8,971 nucleotides of DNA from Octopus sinensis (Eukaryota): NCBI RefSeq assembly GCF_006345805.1, contig NW_021828163.1, positions 1-8,971 on the forward strand. The letters run 5' to 3'. The number at the start of each line of letters is the position of its first letter. Within the stretch, counting starts at the first letter, position 1. The translations under genes were made by a program, and so were the position numbers. Under the pieces are notes generated by a model. It ran no database searches, was not told the origin of the DNA, and saw nothing but the letters and a program-made list of their open reading frames with translations. Shown one piece after another: positions 7,798-8,971 of this stretch.

Positions 7798-8430
7798 TAC
7801 AGAACGGTGTCCTGGATAGAAACAGCCATCAGCGTATGTTTATAGTCTTTATAAATTAGAGAAGTTACAGACAATGTGGCCGCAGCCAATTTGAACTCAG
7901 AACCTACAGTATGGGTTCTAAATACTTTTAAAGAATCTTTGTTCAATAATCTACTAATTTCAACAAGGTATCGTATATCCACATCTACTGAAGAACTACA
8001 CAGAACGAGATAAATTTTGGAATTGACTGTTGAGTAGTTTCGTCAGTGAAATACTCTGGTTACGAAATTTAAATCTGTATTCTCTTAAAAGTCGTCGATA
8101 TTGTTGAAAAGACACGTTTACAGCCCTTGGTAGCTACTGATATATGAAACAGTCATCTCTCATCACCATCTCGATAATTCTAAATCCCAAGTACAAACTT
8201 ACACGTGTACGCTTTGTTTAATAGATATCTTTATTTTCCACTTTTTTTACTCGTGTAACATAAACAAAAGTAAAAAGAAAAGAAAAAGGAAAATGTCCTG
8301 AGAATATTTATTCCTGGAATTCTAAGATATCGAATCTAAGATTATCTGACAAAATAAATCGTTAAAATGAGCAGCTAATGAAAATTCTTTTATCTACGGG
8401 ACAGATAAAGAAAAAAGAGACTTTAACAAA

Positions 8431-8443
8431 AAATAAATAAATA

Positions 8444-8520
<77 letters not shown>

Positions 8521-8541
8521 TAAAAACAACAACAACAATAA

Positions 8542-8575
<34 letters not shown>
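8431..8575. repeat. Compound microsatellite (AAAT)n-(AAT)n-(AAC)n-(AGT)n
   Basis: Directly visible. Confidence 0.95.
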
Positions 8576-8580
8576 TGTAC

Positions 8581-8971
8581 GAATCCTTCAAATGGCTCTG
8601 TGAAAATTTCCTAGGCAACAAGAGATCTTCTAGGCTCCTATGCTGCAATGGGCTGTCGGATGTCACTAAAAGTCCATTTCCTCGATTCACACTAGGACTT
8701 TTTTGCTAGAACCTTAGAGCAGTGTCTGATGAGCAAGGTGAACGCTTTCATCAAGATATTGCATCGATGGAACAACGATATCAAGGATTTTGGAATGCAG
8801 CAATGTTAGCTGACTACTGTTGGGTGTTATACAGGGATGAACCTGAGACAAAACACCATAGAAAGTTCAAATCCCAAAGATTTTAAGTTTTTATGTATTT
8901 GAGTGTATTCTAACTTATTTGTACACAATAATTTAAATTTTGTACAATAAAAGCTATGAATGATCGTATCT
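8581..8971 (+). mobile_element. DNA transposon 3' part with a transposase C-terminal remnant (8581-8886), probably CMC/Chapaev3-like; likely continues past the window
   Basis: Peptides: ESFKWLCENFLGNKRS / LLGSYAAMGCRMSLKVHFLDSH*DFF / NLRAVSDEQGERFHQDIASMEQRYQGFWNAAMLADYCWVLYRD...*. The motif family is strongly recognisable. The Chapaev3 label is from recall. Confidence 0.75.

Larger units (their letters stand above)
6421..8200 (-). mobile_element. Decayed Penelope-like retroelement (deleted RT, GIY-YIG endonuclease, 3' region with a hammerhead relic), interrupted by SINE-A
   Basis: Minus-strand peptides in order: MRDDCFIY (YRDD-like, weak), QQYRRLLREYRF, LKVFRTHTV, AYVGC, RISNHYSTFRDRNTRNSTGLSNLNWYLK (from 7260), IPYDKGKELCFLCNSELFF and ECAYRSKHWQKHTFNSYK* (stop 6980-6982). 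Outer boundaries are approximate. Confidence 0.8.

Noticed and set aside
8726-8750. CTGATGAG hammerhead core
   Set aside because: No stem II or GAAA follows. It encodes SDEQ in the transposase.

Overview
AT-rich, repeat-saturated eukaryotic non-coding DNA. From recalled repeat families it is most likely a cephalopod (Octopus-type) genome; this is not database-checked. I find no intact host gene. The window is a nested pile of transposon remnants. It holds several copies of a ~230-bp tRNA-derived SINE ('SINE-A', most with target-site duplications, TSDs) and two CORE-like SINE fragments ('SINE-B'). It also holds an internally deleted mariner split by two SINE-A insertions, the 3' end of an L1/Tx1-clade LINE (zf-RVT region), two decayed Penelope-like (GIY-YIG) elements, a Chapaev3-like transposase C-terminus and many microsatellites. 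Four observations stand out. (1) The last ~47 nt of the L1/Tx1 LINE match the 3' tail of SINE-A, which suggests a non-poly(A) SINE/LINE partner pair with a possible GGTAC-like target preference. (2) A SINE head is fused directly to that LINE. (3) A SINE inserted antisense into another copy forms a ~218-bp near-perfect palindrome. (4) There are two hammerhead-ribozyme-like motifs of the Penelope type.
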